Assembly (NCBI RefSeq): GCF_009914755.1
Contig: NC_060925.1
DNA from: the human T2T-CHM13v2.0 reference genome, Homo sapiens
Direction: 5' to 3' (one strand)
Length of the DNA: 64,000 bases
In this document: in pieces, positions 27,561 to 43,600 of the stretch
How positions within the stretch are numbered: the stretch's first letter is position 1
Layout of the letters: each line of letters begins with the position of its first letter
Position numbers and translations under genes: made by a program
The notes under the pieces: model-generated
Seen by the model: the letters and a program-made list of their open reading frames with translations, nothing else
Told to the model about the DNA's origin: nothing
The model's database searches: none

Positions 27561-30491
27561 CTCGATTCCATTCGATGATGATTCCATTAGTTTCCATTGG
27601 ATTATGATTCCATTCGAGTCCATTCGATGATGATCACAATGGATTTCATTCCATAATTCTATTCGATTCCATTTGATGATGATTCCATCTGATTCCATTT
27701 GATGATTCCATTCCTTTCCATCCGATGATGATTCCATTCGATTCTGTTCAATGATTACTCCATTCGAGTCCATTCGATTATTCCATTCGTTTCCATGCTA
27801 TGATGATTGCATTCGAGTCCATGGATTCTTCCATTCCATTCCATTAGATGATTCCATTCGAGTCCATTCGATGATTCTCTTCGATTCCATTCGATAATTC
27901 CGTTTGATTCCGTTTGATGTTGATTCCATTCGAGTCCATTCGATGATAATTCCATTCGATTCTATGCGATGATTCCATTCCATTCCATTTGGAGTTGGTT
28001 CCATTCGAGACCATTCGTTGATAGCATTCAATTCATTCGATGACGAATCCATTCAATTCCGTTCAATGATTCCATACGATTCCATTTGATGATGATTCCA
28101 TGCGATTCCATTAGATGATGACTCCTTTCATTTCCATTCAAGGAGGATTCCATTCGGTTCCATTTGATGATGATTCCTTTGAATTCCATTTGATGACAAT
28201 TCCATTCAATACCAATTGATGATGTTTATTTTTGAAGCCATTTGATGATGATTACATTCGATTCCATTTGATCATGATTCCGTTCGATTCCACTCGATGA
28301 TTCCATTCGATTCCATTCAATGGTTATTCCATTTCAGTCGATTCGATGACTCCATTCGATTGTATTCGATGGTGATTGAATTCGAGTCCATGGATTAATC
28401 CATTGCATTCCACTCGATGATTCCATTCGAGTCCGTTCGATGATTCTATTCGATTGCATTCGATAATTCCATTCGATTGCCTTCGATAAATCCATTTGAT
28501 TCCATTTGAGGATAATTCCATTTGAGTCCATTCGATGATTGTTCCGTTCGATTCTATTCGGTGATTCCATTCGACTTCATTTGATAATGATTCCATTCGA
28601 GACCATTCGATGATTCCATTCAATTCCATTCAATAATGATTCCATTCGAGTCCATTCAATGATTCCATTCAAGTCCATTCGATGATTCCATCTGATTCCA
28701 TTCAATGAATCCATTCGATTCCATTCTATGATGATTCCATTCATTTCCATCTGATGATGATTCCATTCGATTCCATTCAATGATTCCATTCGATTCCATT
28801 TGATGATGATTTCAATCAATTTCATTCGGTGATTCCATTCAAATCAATTCGATGAGTCCATCCATTTCAATTTCATGATAAATCCATTCGTTTCAATTCG
28901 ATGGTGTTTCCATTCGATTCCAGTCGATGTTGATTCCATTAGTTTCCATTGGATGATGATTCCATTCGAGTCCATTCGATGATGATCACAATGGATTTCA
29001 TTCCATAATTCTATTCGATTCCATTTGATGATGATTCCATCTGATTCCATTTGATGATTCCATTCGTTTCCATCCGATGATGATTCCATTCGATTCCGTT
29101 CAATGATTATTCCATTCGAGTCCATTCGATGATTCCATTCGATTCCATGCTATGATGATTGCATTCGAGTCCATGGATTCTTCCATTCCATTCCATTAGA
29201 TGATTCCATTCGAGTCCATTCCATGATTCTCTTCGATTCCATTCGATAATTCCGTTTGATTCCGTTTGATGTTGATTTCATTCGAGTCCATTCGATGATA
29301 ATTCCATTCGATTCTATGCGATGATTCCATTCCATTCCATTTGGAGGTGGTTCCATTCGAGACCATTCGTTGATTGCATTCAATTCATTTGAAGACGATT
29401 CCATTCAATTCTGTTCAATGATTCCATTAGATTCCATTTGATGATGATTCCATTTGATTCCATTTGATGATGATTCCATGCGATTCCATTAGATGATGAC
29501 TCCTTTCATTTCCATTCAATGAGGATTCCATTCGGTTCAATTTGATGATGATTCCTTTGAATTCCATTTGATGACAATTCCATTCAATACCAATTGATGA
29601 TGTTTATTTTTGATTCCATTTGATGATGATTACATTCGATTTCATTTGATCATGATTCCATTCGATTCCACTCGATGATTCCATTCGATTCCATTCAATG
29701 ATTATTCCATTTGAGTCGATTCGATGACTCCATTCGATTGTATTCGATGGTGATTGAATTCGAGTCCATGGATTAATCCATTGCATTCCATTCGATGATT
29801 CCATTTGAGTCCATTCGATGATTCTATTCGATTGCATTCGATAATTCCATTCGATTGCATTCGATAAATCCATTTGATTCCATTTGAGGATAATTCCATT
29901 TGAGTCCATTCGATGATTGTTCCATTCGATTCTATTCGGTGATTCCATTCGACTTCATTTGATAATGATTCCATTCGAGACCATTCGATGATTCTATTCA
30001 ATTCCGTTCAATAATGATTCCATTCGAGTCCATTCAACGATTCCATTCAAGTCCATTCGATGATTCCATCTGATTCCATTCAATGAATCCATGCGATTCC
30101 ATTCTATGATGATTCCATTCATTTCCATCTGATCATGATTCCATTCGATTCCATTCAATGATTCCTTTCGATTCCATTTGATGATGATTTCAATCAATTT
30201 CATTCGATGATTCCATTCGAATCCATTCGATGATGAGTCCATCCATTTCAATTTCATGATAATTCCATTCGTTTCAATTCGATGGTGTTTCCATTCGATT
30301 CCATTCGATGTTGATTCCATTAGTTTCCATTGGATGATGATTCCATTCGAGTCCATCCAATGATGATCACATTGGATTTCATTCCATAATTCTATTCGAT
30401 TCCATTTGATGATGATTCCATCTGATTCCATTTGATGATCCCATTCGATTCCATTCGATGATGATTCCATTCGTTTCCATCCGATGATGAT

Positions 30492-33400
30492 TCCATTCGA
30501 TTCCATTCAATGATTATTCCATTCGAGTCCATTCGATGATTCCATTCGATTCCATTCGATGATGATTGCATTCGAGACCATGGATTCTTCCATTCCATTC
30601 CATTAGATGATTCCATTCGAGTCCATTCGATGATTCTCTTCGATTCCATTCGATAATTCCGTTTGATTCCGTTTGATGTTGATTCCATTCGAGTCCATTC
30701 GATGATAATTCCATTCGATTCTATGCGATGATTCCATTCCATTCCATTTGGAGGTGGTTCCATTCGAGACCATTCGTTGATTGCATTCAATTCATTCGAT
30801 GACGATTCCATTCAATTCCGTTCAATGATTCCATTAGATTCCATTTGATGATGATTCCATTCGATTCCATTTGATGATGATTCCATGCGATTCCATTAGA
30901 TGATGACTCCTTTCATTTCCATTCAATGAGGATTCCATTCGGTTCCATTTGATGATGATTCCTTTGAATTCCATTTGATGACAATTCCATTCAATACCAA
31001 TTGATGATGTTTATTTTTGATTCCATTTGATGATGATTACATTCGATTCCATTTGATCATGATTCCATTCGATTCCACTCGATGATTCCATTCGATTCCA
31101 TTCAATGATTATTCCATTTGAGTCGATTCGATGACTCCATTCGATTGTATTCGATGGTGATTGAATTCGAGTCCATGGATTAATCCATTGCATTCCATTC
31201 GATGATTCCATTCGAGTCCATTCGATGATTCTATTTGATTGCATTCGATAATTCCATTCGATTGCTTTCGATAAATCCATTTGATTCCATTTGGGGATAA
31301 TTCCATTTGAGTCCATTCGATGATTGTTCCATTCGATTCTATTCGGTGATTCCATTCGACTTCATTTGATAATGATTCCATTCGAGACCATTCGATGATT
31401 CTATTCAATTCCATTCGATAATGATTCCATTCGAGTCCATTCAACGATTCCATTCAAGTCCATTCGATGATACCATCTGATTCCATTCAATGAATCCATG
31501 CGATTCCATTCTATGATGATTCCATTCATTTCCATCTGATGATGATTCCATTCGATTCCATTCAATGATTCCTTTCGATTCCATTTGATGATGATTTCAA
31601 TCAATTTCATTCGATGATTCCATTCGAATCCATTCGATGATGAGTCCATCCATTTCAATTTCATGATAATTCCATTCGTTTCAATTCGATGGTGTTTCCA
31701 TTCGATTCCATTCGATGTTGATTCCATTAGCTTCCATTGGATGATGATTCCATTCGAGTCCATTCAATGATGATCACATTGGATTTCATTCCATAATTCT
31801 ATTCGATTCCATTTGATGATGATTCCATCTGATTCCTTTTGATGATCCCATTCGATTCCATTCGATGATGATTCCATTCGTTTCCATCCGATGATGATTC
31901 CATTCGATTCCGTTTAATGATTATTCCATTCGAGTCCATTCGATGATTCCATTCGATTCCATTCGATGATGATTGCATTCGAGTAAATGGATTCTTCCAT
32001 TCCATTCCATTAGATGATTCCATTCGAGCCCGTTCGATGATTCTCTTCGATTCCATTCGATAATTCCGTTTGATTCCGTTTGATGTTGATTCCATTCGGG
32101 TCCATTCGATGATAATTCCATACGATTCTATGCGATGATTCCATTCCATTCCATTTGGAGGTGGCTCCATTCGAGACCATTCGTTGATTGCATTCAATTC
32201 ATTCGATGACGATTCCATTCAATTCCGTTCAATGATTCCATTAGATTCCATTTGATGATGATTCCATTCGATTCCATTTGATGATGATTTCATGCGATTC
32301 CATTAGATGATGACTCCTTTCATTTCCATTCAATGAGGATTCCATTCGGTTCCATTTGATGATGAATCCTTTGAATTCCGTTTGATGACAATTCTATTCA
32401 ATACCAATTGATGATGGTTATTTTGATTCCATTTGATGATGATTAGTTTCGATTCCATTTGATCATGATTCCATTCGATTCCACTCGATGATTCCATTCA
32501 ATGATGATTCCATTCGAGTTCGTTGACTATTCCATTCCATTTCATTCGACGATTCCTTTCAAGTCCATTCGATGATTCTGTTCGATTGCATTCGATTATT
32601 CCATTCGATTGCATTCGATAATTCCATTCGATTCCATTTGAGGATAATTCCATTTGAGTCCATTCGATGATTGTTCCATTCGATTCTATTCGGTGATTCC
32701 ATTCGATTCCATTCGGTGATTCCATTCGATTCCATTTGATAATGATTCCATTCGAGACCATTCGATGATTCCATTCAATTCCGTTCAATAATGATTCCAT
32801 TCGAGTCCATTCAATGATTCCATTCAAGTCCATTCGATGATTCCATCTGATTCCATTCAATGAATCCATTCGAATCCATTCTATGATGATTCCATTCATT
32901 TCCATCTGATGATGATTCCATTCGATTCCATTCAATGATTCCATTCGATTCCATTTGATGATGATTTCAATCAATTTCATTCGATGATTCCATTCGAATC
33001 CATTCGATGATGATTCCATCCATTTCAATTTCACGATAATTCCATTCATTTCAATTCGATGGAGTTTCCATTCGATTCCATTCGATGTTGATTCCATTAG
33101 TTTCCATTGGATGATGATTCCATTCGAGTCCATTCGATGATGATCACAATGGATTTCATTCCATAATTCTATTCGATTCCATTTGACGATGATTCCATCT
33201 GATTCCATTTGATGATTCCATTCGTTTCCGTCCGATGATGATTCCATTCGATTCCGTTCAATGATTATTCCATTCGAGTCCATTCTATGATTCCATTCGA
33301 TTCCATTCGATGATGATTGCATTCGAGACCATGGATTCTTCCATTCCATTCCATTAGATGATTCCATTCGAGCCCATTCGATGATTCTCTTCGATTCCAT

Positions 33401-36400
33401 TCGATAATTCCGTTTGATTCCGTTTGATGATGATTCCATTCGAGTCCATTCAATGATAATTCCATTCGATTCTATGCGATGATTCCATTCCTTTCCATTT
33501 GGAGGTGGTTCCATTCGAGACCATTCGTTGATTGCATTCAATTCATTCGATGACGATTCCATTGAATTCCGTTCAATGATTCCATTAGATTCCATTTGAT
33601 GATGATTCCATTCGATTCCATTTGATGATGATTCCATGCGATTCCATTAGATGATGACTCCTTTCATTTCCATTCAATGAGGATTCCATTCGGTTCCATT
33701 TGATGATGATTCCTTTGAATTCCATTTGATGACAATTCCATTCAATACCAATTGATGATGTTTATTTTTGATTCCATTTGATGATGATTATATTCGATTC
33801 CATTTGATCATGATTCCATTCGATTCCACTCTATGATTCCATTCGATTCCATTCAATGATTATTCCATTTGAGTCGATTCGATGACTCCATTCGATTGTA
33901 TTCGATGGTGATTGAATTCGAGTGCATGGATTAATCCATTGCATTCCATTCGATGATTCCATTCGGGTCCTTTCGATGATTCTATTCGATTGCATTCGAT
34001 AATTCCATTCGATTGCATTCGATAAATCCATTTGATTCCATTTGAAGATAATTCCATTTGAGTCCATTCGATGATTGTTCCATTCGATTCTATTCGGTGA
34101 TTCCATTCGACTTCATTTGATAATGATTCCATTCGAGACCATTCGATGATTCTATTCAATTCCATTCAATAATGATTCCATTCGAGTCCATTCAACGATT
34201 CCATTCAAGTCCATTCGATGATTCCATCTGATTCCATTCAATGAATCCATTCGATTCCATTCTATGATGATTCCATTCATTTCCATCTGATGATGATTCC
34301 ATTCGATTCCATTCAATGATTCCTTTCGATTCCATTTGATGATGATTTCAATCAATTACATTCGATGATTCCATTCGAATCCATTCGATGATGAGTCCAT
34401 CCATTTCAATTTCATGATAATTCCATTCATTTCAATTCGATGGTGTTTCCATTCGATTCCATTCGATGTTGATTCCATTAGTTTCCATTGGATGATGATT
34501 CCATTCGAGTCCATTCAATAATGATCACATTGGATTTCATTCCATAATTCTATTCGATTCCATTTGATGATGATTCCATCTGATTCCATTTGATGATCCC
34601 ATTCGATTCCATTCGATGATGATTCCATTCGTTTCCATCCGATGATGATTCATTCGTTTCCGTTCAATGATTATTCCATTCGAGTCCATTCGATGATTCC
34701 ATTCGATTCCATTCGATGATGATTGCATTCGAGTCCATGGATTCTTCCATTCCATTGCATTAGATGATTCCATTCGAGTCCGTTCGATGATTCTCTTCGA
34801 TTCCATTCGATAATTCCGTTTGATTCCGTTTGATGTTGATTCCATTCGAGTCCATTCGATGATAATTCCATTCGATTCTATGCGATGATTCCATTCCATT
34901 CCATTTGGAGGTGGTTCCATTCGAGACCATTCGTTGATTGCATTGAATTCATTCGATGACGATTCCATTCAATTCCGTTCAATGATTCCATTAGATTCCA
35001 TTTGATGATGATTCCATGCGATTCCATTAGATGATGACTCCTTTCATTTCCATTCAATGAGGATTCCATTCGGTTCCATTTGATGATGATTCCTTTGAAT
35101 TCCGTTTGATGACAATTCCATTCAATACCTATTGATGATGTTTATTTTTGATTCCATTTGATGATGATTACATTCGATTCCATTTGATCATGATTCCATT
35201 CGATTTCACTCGATGATTCCATTCAATGATGATTCCATTCGAGTTCATTGACTATTCCATTCCATTTCAATCGATGATTCCTTTCAAGTCCATTCGATGA
35301 TTCTGTTCGATTGCATTCGATTATTCCATTCGATTGCATTCGTTAATTCCATTCGATTCCATTTGAGGATAATTCCATTTGAGTCCATTCGATGATTGTT
35401 CCATTCGATTGTATTCGGTGATTCCATTCGATTCCATTTGATAATGATTCCATTCGAGACCATTCGATGATTCCATTCAATTCCATTCCATAATGATTCC
35501 ATTCGAGTCCATTCAATGATTCCATTCAAGTCCATTCGATGATTCCATCTGATTCCATTCAATGAATCCATTCGATTCCATTCAATGATTATTCCATTCG
35601 AGTCCATTCGATGATTCCATTAGATTCCATTCGATGATGATTGCATTCGAGACCATGGATTCTTCCATTCCATTCCATTAGATGATTCCATTCGAGTCCA
35701 TTCGATGATTCTCTTCGATTCCATTCGATAATTCCGTTTGATTCCGTTTGATGTTGATTCCATTCGAGTCCATTCGATGATAATTCCATTCGATTCTATG
35801 CGATGATTCCATTCCATTCCATTTGGAGGTGGTTCCATTCGAGACCATTCGTTGATTGCATTCAATTCATTCGATGACGATTCCATTCAATTCCGTTCAA
35901 TGATTCCATTAGATTCCATTTGATGATGATTCCATTCGATTCCATTTGATGATGATTCCATGCGATTCCATTAGATGATGACTCCTTTCATTTCCATTCA
36001 ATGAGGATTCCATTCGGTTCCATTTGATGATGATTCCTTTGAATTCCATTTGATGACAATTCCATTCAATACCAATTGATGATGTTTATTTTTGATTCCA
36101 TTTGATGATGATTACATTCGATTCCATTTGATCATGATTCCATTCGATTCCACTCGATGATTCCATTCGATTCCATTCAATGATTATTCCATTTGAGTCG
36201 ATTCGATGACTCCATTCGATTGTATTCGATGGTGATTGAATTCGAGTCCATGGATTAATCCATTGCATTCCATTCGATGATTCCATTCGAGTCCATTCGA
36301 TGATTCTATTTGATTGCATTCGATAATTCCATTCGATTGCTTTCGATAAATCCATTTGATTCCATTTGGGGATAATTCCATTTGAGTCCATTCGATGATT

Positions 36401-39400
36401 GTTCCATTCGATTCTATTCGGTGATTCCATTCGACTTCATTTGATAATGATTCCATTCGAGACCATTCGATGATTCTATTCAATTCCATTCGATAATGAT
36501 TCCATTCGAGTCCATTCAACGATTCCATTCAAGTCCATTCGATGATACCATCTGATTCCATTCAATGAATCCATGCGATTCCATTCTATGATGATTCCAT
36601 TCATTTCCATCTGATGATGATTCCATTCGATTCCATTCAATGATTCCTTTCGATTCCATTTGATGATGATTTCAATCAATTTCATTCGATGATTCCATTC
36701 GAATCCATGCGATGATGAGTCCATCCATTTCAATTTCATGATAATTCCATTCGTTTCAATTCGATGGTGTTTCCATTCGATTCCATTCGATGTTGATTCC
36801 ATTAGCTTCCATTGGATGATGATTCCATTCGAGTCCATTCAATGATGATGACATTGGATTTCATTCCATAATTCTATTCGATTCCATTTGATGATGATTC
36901 CATCTGATTCCTTTTGATGATCCCATTCGATTCCATTCGATGATGATTCCATTCGTTTCCATCCGATGATGATTCCATTCGATTCCGTTTAATGATTATT
37001 CCATTCGAGTCCATTCGATGATTCCATTCGATTCCATTCGATGATGATTGCATTCGAGTAAATGGATTCTTCCATTCCATTCCATTAGATGATTCCATTC
37101 GAGCCCGTTCGATGATTCTCTTCGATTCCATTCGATAATTCCGTTTGATTCCGTTTGATGTTGATTCCATTCGGGTCCATTCGATGATAATTCCATACGA
37201 TTCTATGCGATGATTCCATTCCATTCCATTTGGAGGTGGCTCCATTCGAGACCATTCGTTGATTGCATTCAATTCATTCGATGACGATTCCATTCAATTC
37301 CGTTCAATGATTCCATTAGATTCCATTTGATGATGATTCCATTCGATTCCATTTGATGATGATTTCATGCGATTCCATTAGATGATGACTCCTTTCATTT
37401 CCATTCAATGAGGATTCCATTCGGTTCCATTTGATGATGAATCCTTTGAATTCCGTTTGATGACAATTCTATTCAATACCAATTGATGATGGTTATTTTG
37501 ATTCCATTTGATGATGATTAGTTTCGATTCCATTTGATCATGATTCCATTCGATTCCACTCGATGATTCCATTCAATGATGATTCCATTCGAGTTCGTTG
37601 ACTATTCCATTCCATTTCATTCGACGATTCCTTTCAAGTCCATTCGATGATTCTGTTCGATTGCATTCGATTATTCCATTCGATTGCATTCGATAATTCC
37701 ATTCGATTCCATTTGAGGATAATTCCATTTGAGTCCATTCGATGATTGTTCCATTCGATTCTATTCGGTGATTCCATTCGATTCCATTTGATAATGATTC
37801 CATTCGAGACCATTCGATGATTCCATTCAATTCCATTCAATAATGATTCCATTCGAGTCCATTCAATGATTCCATTCAAGTCCATTCGATGATTCCATCT
37901 GATTCCATTCAATGAATCCATTCGAATCCATTCTATGATGATTCCATTCATTTCCATCTGATGATGATTCCATTCGATTCCATTCAATGATTCCATTCGA
38001 TTCCATTTGATGATGATTTCAATCAATTTCATTCGATGATTCCATTCGAATCCATTCGATGATGATTCCATCCATTTCAATTTCACGATAATTCCATTCA
38101 TTTCAATTCGATGGAGTTTCCATTCGATTCCATTCGATGTTGATTCCATTAGTTTCCATTGGATGATGATTCCATTCGAGTCCATTCGATGATGATCACA
38201 ATGGATTTCATTCCATAATTCTATTCGATTCCATTTGACGATGATTCCATCTGATTCCATTTGATGATTCCATTCGTTTCCATCCGATGATGATTCCATT
38301 CGATTCCGTTCAATGATTATTCCATTCGAGTCCATTCTATGATTCCATTCGATTCCATTCGATGATGATTGCATTCGAGACCATGGATTCTTCCATTCCA
38401 TTCCATTAGATGATTCCATTCGAGCCCATTCGATGATTCTCTTCGATTCCATTCGATAATTCCGTTTGATTCCGTTTGATGATGATTCCATTCGAGTCCA
38501 TTCAATGATAATTCCATTCGATTCTATGCGATGATTCCATTCCTTTCCATTTGGAGGTGGTTCCATTCGAGACCATTCGTTGATTGCATTCAATTCATTC
38601 GATGACGATTCCATTGAATTCCGTTCAATGATTCCATTAGATTCCATTTGATGATGATTCCATTCGATTCCATTTGATGATGATTCCATGCGATTCCATT
38701 AGATGATGACTCCTTTCATTTCCATTCAATGAGGATTCCATTCGGTTCCATTTGATGATGATTCCTTTGAATTCCATTTGATGACAATTCCATTCAATAC
38801 CAATTGATGATGTTTATTTTTGATTCCATTTGATGATGATTATATTCGATTCCATTTGATCATGATTCCATTCGATTCCACTCTATGATTCCATTCGATT
38901 CCATTCAATGATTATTCCATTTGAGTCGATTCGATGACTCCATTCGATTGTATTCGATGGTGATTGAATTCGAGTGCATGGATTAATCCATTGCATTCCA
39001 TTCGATGATTCCATTCGGGTCCTTTCGATGATTCTATTCGATTGCATTCGATAATTCCATTCGATTGCATTCGATAAATCCATTTGATTCCATTTGAAGA
39101 TAATTCCATTTGAGTCCATTCGATGATTGTTCCATTCGATTCTATTCGGTGATTCCATTCGACTTCATTTGATAATGATTCCATTCGAGACCATTCGATG
39201 ATTCTATTCAATTCCATTCAATAATGATTCCATTCGAGTCCATTCAACGATTCCATTCAAGTCCATTCGATGATTCCATCTGATTCCATTCAATGAATCC
39301 ATTCGATTCCATTCTATGATGATTCCATTCATTTCCATCTGATGATGATTCCATTCGATTCCATTCAATGATTCCTTTCGATTCCATTTGATGATGATTT

Positions 39401-40635
39401 CAATCAATTACATTCGATGATTCCATTCGAATCCATTCGATGATGAGTCCATCCATTTCAATTTCATGATAATTCCATTCATTTCAATTCGATGGTGTTT
39501 CCATTCGATTCCATTCGATGTTGATTCCATTAGTTTCCATTGGATGATGATTCCATTCGAGTCCATTCAATAATGATCACATTGGATTTCATTCCATAAT
39601 TCTATTCGATTCCATTTGATGATGATTCCATCTGATTCCATTTGATGATCCCATTCGATTCCATTCGATGATGATTCCATTCGTTTCCATCCGATGATGA
39701 TTCATTCGTTTCCGTTCAATGATTATTCCATTCGAGTCCATTCGATGATTCCATTCGATTCCATTCGATGATGATTGCATTCGAGTCCATGGATTCTTCC
39801 ATTCCATTGCATTAGATGATTCCATTCGAGTCCGTTCGATGATTCTCTTCGATTCCATTCGATAATTCCGTTTGATTCCGTTTGATGTTGATTCCATTCG
39901 AGTCCATTCGATGATAATTCCATTCGATTCTATGCGATGATTCCATTCCATTCCATTTGGAGGTGGTTCCATTCGAGACCATTCGTTGATTGCATTGAAT
40001 TCATTCGATGACGATTCCATTCAATTCCGTTCAATGATTCCATTAGATTCCATTTGATGATGATTCCATGCGATTCCATTAGATGATGACTCCTTTCATT
40101 TCCATTCAATGAGGATTCCATTCGGTTCCATTTGATGATGATTCCTTTGAATTCCGTTTGATGACAATTCCATTCAATACCTATTGATGATGTTTATTTT
40201 TGATTCCATTTGATGATGATTACATTCGATTCCATTTGATCATGATTCCATTCGATTCCACTCGATGATTCCATTCAATGATGATTCCATTCGAGTTCAT
40301 TGACTATTCCATTCCATTTCAATCGATGATTCCTTTCAAGTCCATTCGATGATTCTGTTCGATTGCATTCGATTATTCCATTCGATTGCATTCGTTAATT
40401 CCATTCGATTCCATTTGAGGATAATTCCATTTGAGTCCATTCGATGATTGTTCCATTCGATTGTATTCGGTGATTCCATTCGATTCCATTTGATAATGAT
40501 TCCATTCGAGACCATTCGATGATTCCATTCAATTCCATTCCATAATGATTCCATTCGAGTCCATTCAATGATTCCATTCAAGTCCATTCGATGATTCCAT
40601 CTGATTCCATTCAATGAATCCATTCGATTCCATTC
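30492..40635 (+). repeat. Tandem duplication of 5075/5052 bp with an out-of-register junction at 35567-35583
   Basis: Offsets 30514/35589, 31011/36086 and 31799/36874 are 5075. Offsets 33265/38317, 33831/38883 and 35284/40336 are 5052. The difference is a 23-bp duplication at 32688-32733. Confidence 0.9.
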
Positions 40636-43600
40636 TATGATGATTCCATTCATTTCCATTTGATGATGATTCCATTCGATTCCATTCAATGATTCCATTC
40701 GATTCCATTTGATGATGATTTCAATCAATTTCATTCGATGATTCCATTCGAATCCATTCGGTGATGAGTCCATCCATTTCAATTTCATGATAATTCCATT
40801 CGTTTCAATTCGATGGAGTTTCCATTCGATTCCATTCGATGTTGATTCCATTAGTTTCCATTGGATGATGATTTCATTCGAGTCCATTCGATGATGATCA
40901 CAATGGATTTCATTCCATAATTGTATTCGATTCCATTTGATGATGATTCCATCTGATTCCATTTGATGATTCCATTCGTTTCCATCCGATGGTGATTCCA
41001 TTCGATTCCGTTCAATGATTATTCCATTCGAGTCCATTCTATGATTCCATTCGATTCCATTCGATGATGATTGCATTCGAGAAAATGGATTCTTCCATTC
41101 CATTCCATTAGATGATTCCATTCGAGTCCATTCGATGATTCTCTTCGATTCCATTCGATAATTCCGTTTGATTCTGTTTGATGTTGATTCCATTCGAGTC
41201 CATTCAATGATAATTCCATTCGATTCTATGCGATGATTCCATTCCTTTCCATTTGGAGGTGGTTCCTTCGAGACCATTCGTTGATTGCATTCAATTCATT
41301 CGATGACGATTCCATTGAATTCCGTTCAATGATTCCATTAGATTCCATTTGATGATGATTCCATTCGATTCAATTTGATGATGATTTCATGTGATTCCAT
41401 TAGATGATGACTCCTTTCATTTCCATTCAATGAGGATTCCAATCGGTTCCATTTGATGATGATTCCTTTGAATTCCATTTGATGACAATTCCATTCAAAA
41501 CCAATTGATGATGTTTATTTTTGATTCCATTTGATGATGATTACATTCCATTCCATTTGATCATGATTCCATTCGATTCCACTCGATGATTCCATTCGAT
41601 TCCATTCAATGATTATTCCATTTGAGTCGATTCGATGACTCCATTCGATTGTATTCGATGGTGATTGAATTCGAGTCCATGGATTAATCCATTGCATTCC
41701 ATTCGATGATTCCATTCGAGTCCATTCGATGATTCTATTCGATTGCATTCGATAATTCGATTCGATTGCATTCGATAAATCCATTTGATTCCATTTGAGG
41801 ATAATTCCATTTGAGTCCATTCGATGATTGTTCCATTCGATTCTATTCGGTGATTCCATTCGACTTCATTTGATAATGATTCCATTCGAGACCATTCGAT
41901 GATTCTATTCAATTCCATTCAATAATGATTCCATTCGAGTCCATTCAACGATTCCATTCAAGTCCATTCGATGATTCCATCTGATTCCATTCAATGAATC
42001 CATGCGATTCCATTCTATGATGATTCCATTCATTTCCATCTGATGATGATTCCATTCGATTCCATTCAATGATTCCTTTCGATTCCATTTGATGATGATT
42101 TCAATCAATTTCATTCGATGATTCCATTCGAATCCATTCGATGATGAGTCCATCCATTTCAATTTCATGATAATTCCATTCGTTTCAATTCGATGGTGTT
42201 TCCATTCGATTCCATTCGATGTTGATTCCATTAGTTTCCATTGGATGATGATTCCATTCGAGTCCATTCAATGATGATCACATTGGATTTCATTCCATAA
42301 TTCTATTCGATTTCATTTGATGATGATTCCATCTGATTCCTTTTGATGATCCCATTCGATTCCATTCGATGATGATTCCATTCGTTTCCATCCGATGATG
42401 ATTCCATTCGATTCCGTTCAATGATTATTCCATTCGAGTCCATTCGATGATTCCATTCGATTCCATTCGATGATGATTGCATTCGAGTCCATGGATTCTT
42501 CCATTCCATTCCATTAGATGATTCCATTCGAGCCCGTTCGATGATTCTCTTCGATTCCATTCGATAATTCCGTTTGATTCCGTTTGATGTTGATTCCATT
42601 CGGGTCCATTCGATGATAATTCCATTCGATTCTATGCGATGATTCCATTCCATTCCATTTGGAGATGGTTCCATTCGAGACCATTCGTTGATTGCATTCA
42701 ATTCATTCGATGACGATTCCATTCAATTCTGTTCAATGATTCCATTAGATTCCATTTGATGATGATTCCATTCGATTCCATTTGATGATGATTCCATGCG
42801 ATTCCATTAGATGATGACTCCTTTCATTTCCATTCAATGAGGATTCCATTCGGTTCCATTTGATGATGATTCCTTTGAATTCCGTTTGGTGACAATTCCA
42901 TTCAATACCAATTAATGATGGTTATTTTGATTCCATTTGATGATGATTACTTTCGATTCCATTTGATCATGATTCCATTCGATTCCACTCGATGATTCCA
43001 TTCAATGATGATTCCATTCGAGTTCATTGACTATTCCATTCCATTTCAATCGATGATTCCTTTCAAGTCCATTCGATGATTCTGTTCGATTGCATTCGAT
43101 TATTCCATTCGATTGCATTCGTTAATTCCATTCGATTCCATTTGAGGATAATTCCATTTGAGTCCATTCGATGATTGTTCCATTCGATTCTATTCGGTGA
43201 TTCCATTCGATTCCATTTGATAATGATTCCATTCGAGACCATTCGATGATTCCTTTCAATTCCATTCCATAATGATTCCATTCGAGTCCATTCAATGATT
43301 CCATTCAAGTCCATTCGATGATTCCATCTGATTCCATTCAATGAATCCATTCGATTCCATTCTATGATGATTCCATTCATTTCCATCTGATGATGATTCC
43401 ATTCGATTCCATTCAATGATTCCATTCGATTCCATTTGATGATGATTTCAATCAATTTCATTCGATGATTCCATTCGAATCTATTCGATGATGAGTCCAT
43501 CCATTTCAATTTCATGATAATTCCATTCGTTTCAATTCGATGGAGTTTCCATTCGATTCCATTCGATGTTGATTCCATTAGTTTCCATTGGATGATGATT

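Noticed and set aside
32498-33637. Longest ORF (379 aa; copy at 62549-63688) as a repeat protein
   Set aside because: It is created by a 23-bp duplication that shifts frame. Paralogues give 351, 337 or 313 aa or fragments, with no sign of coding constraint.
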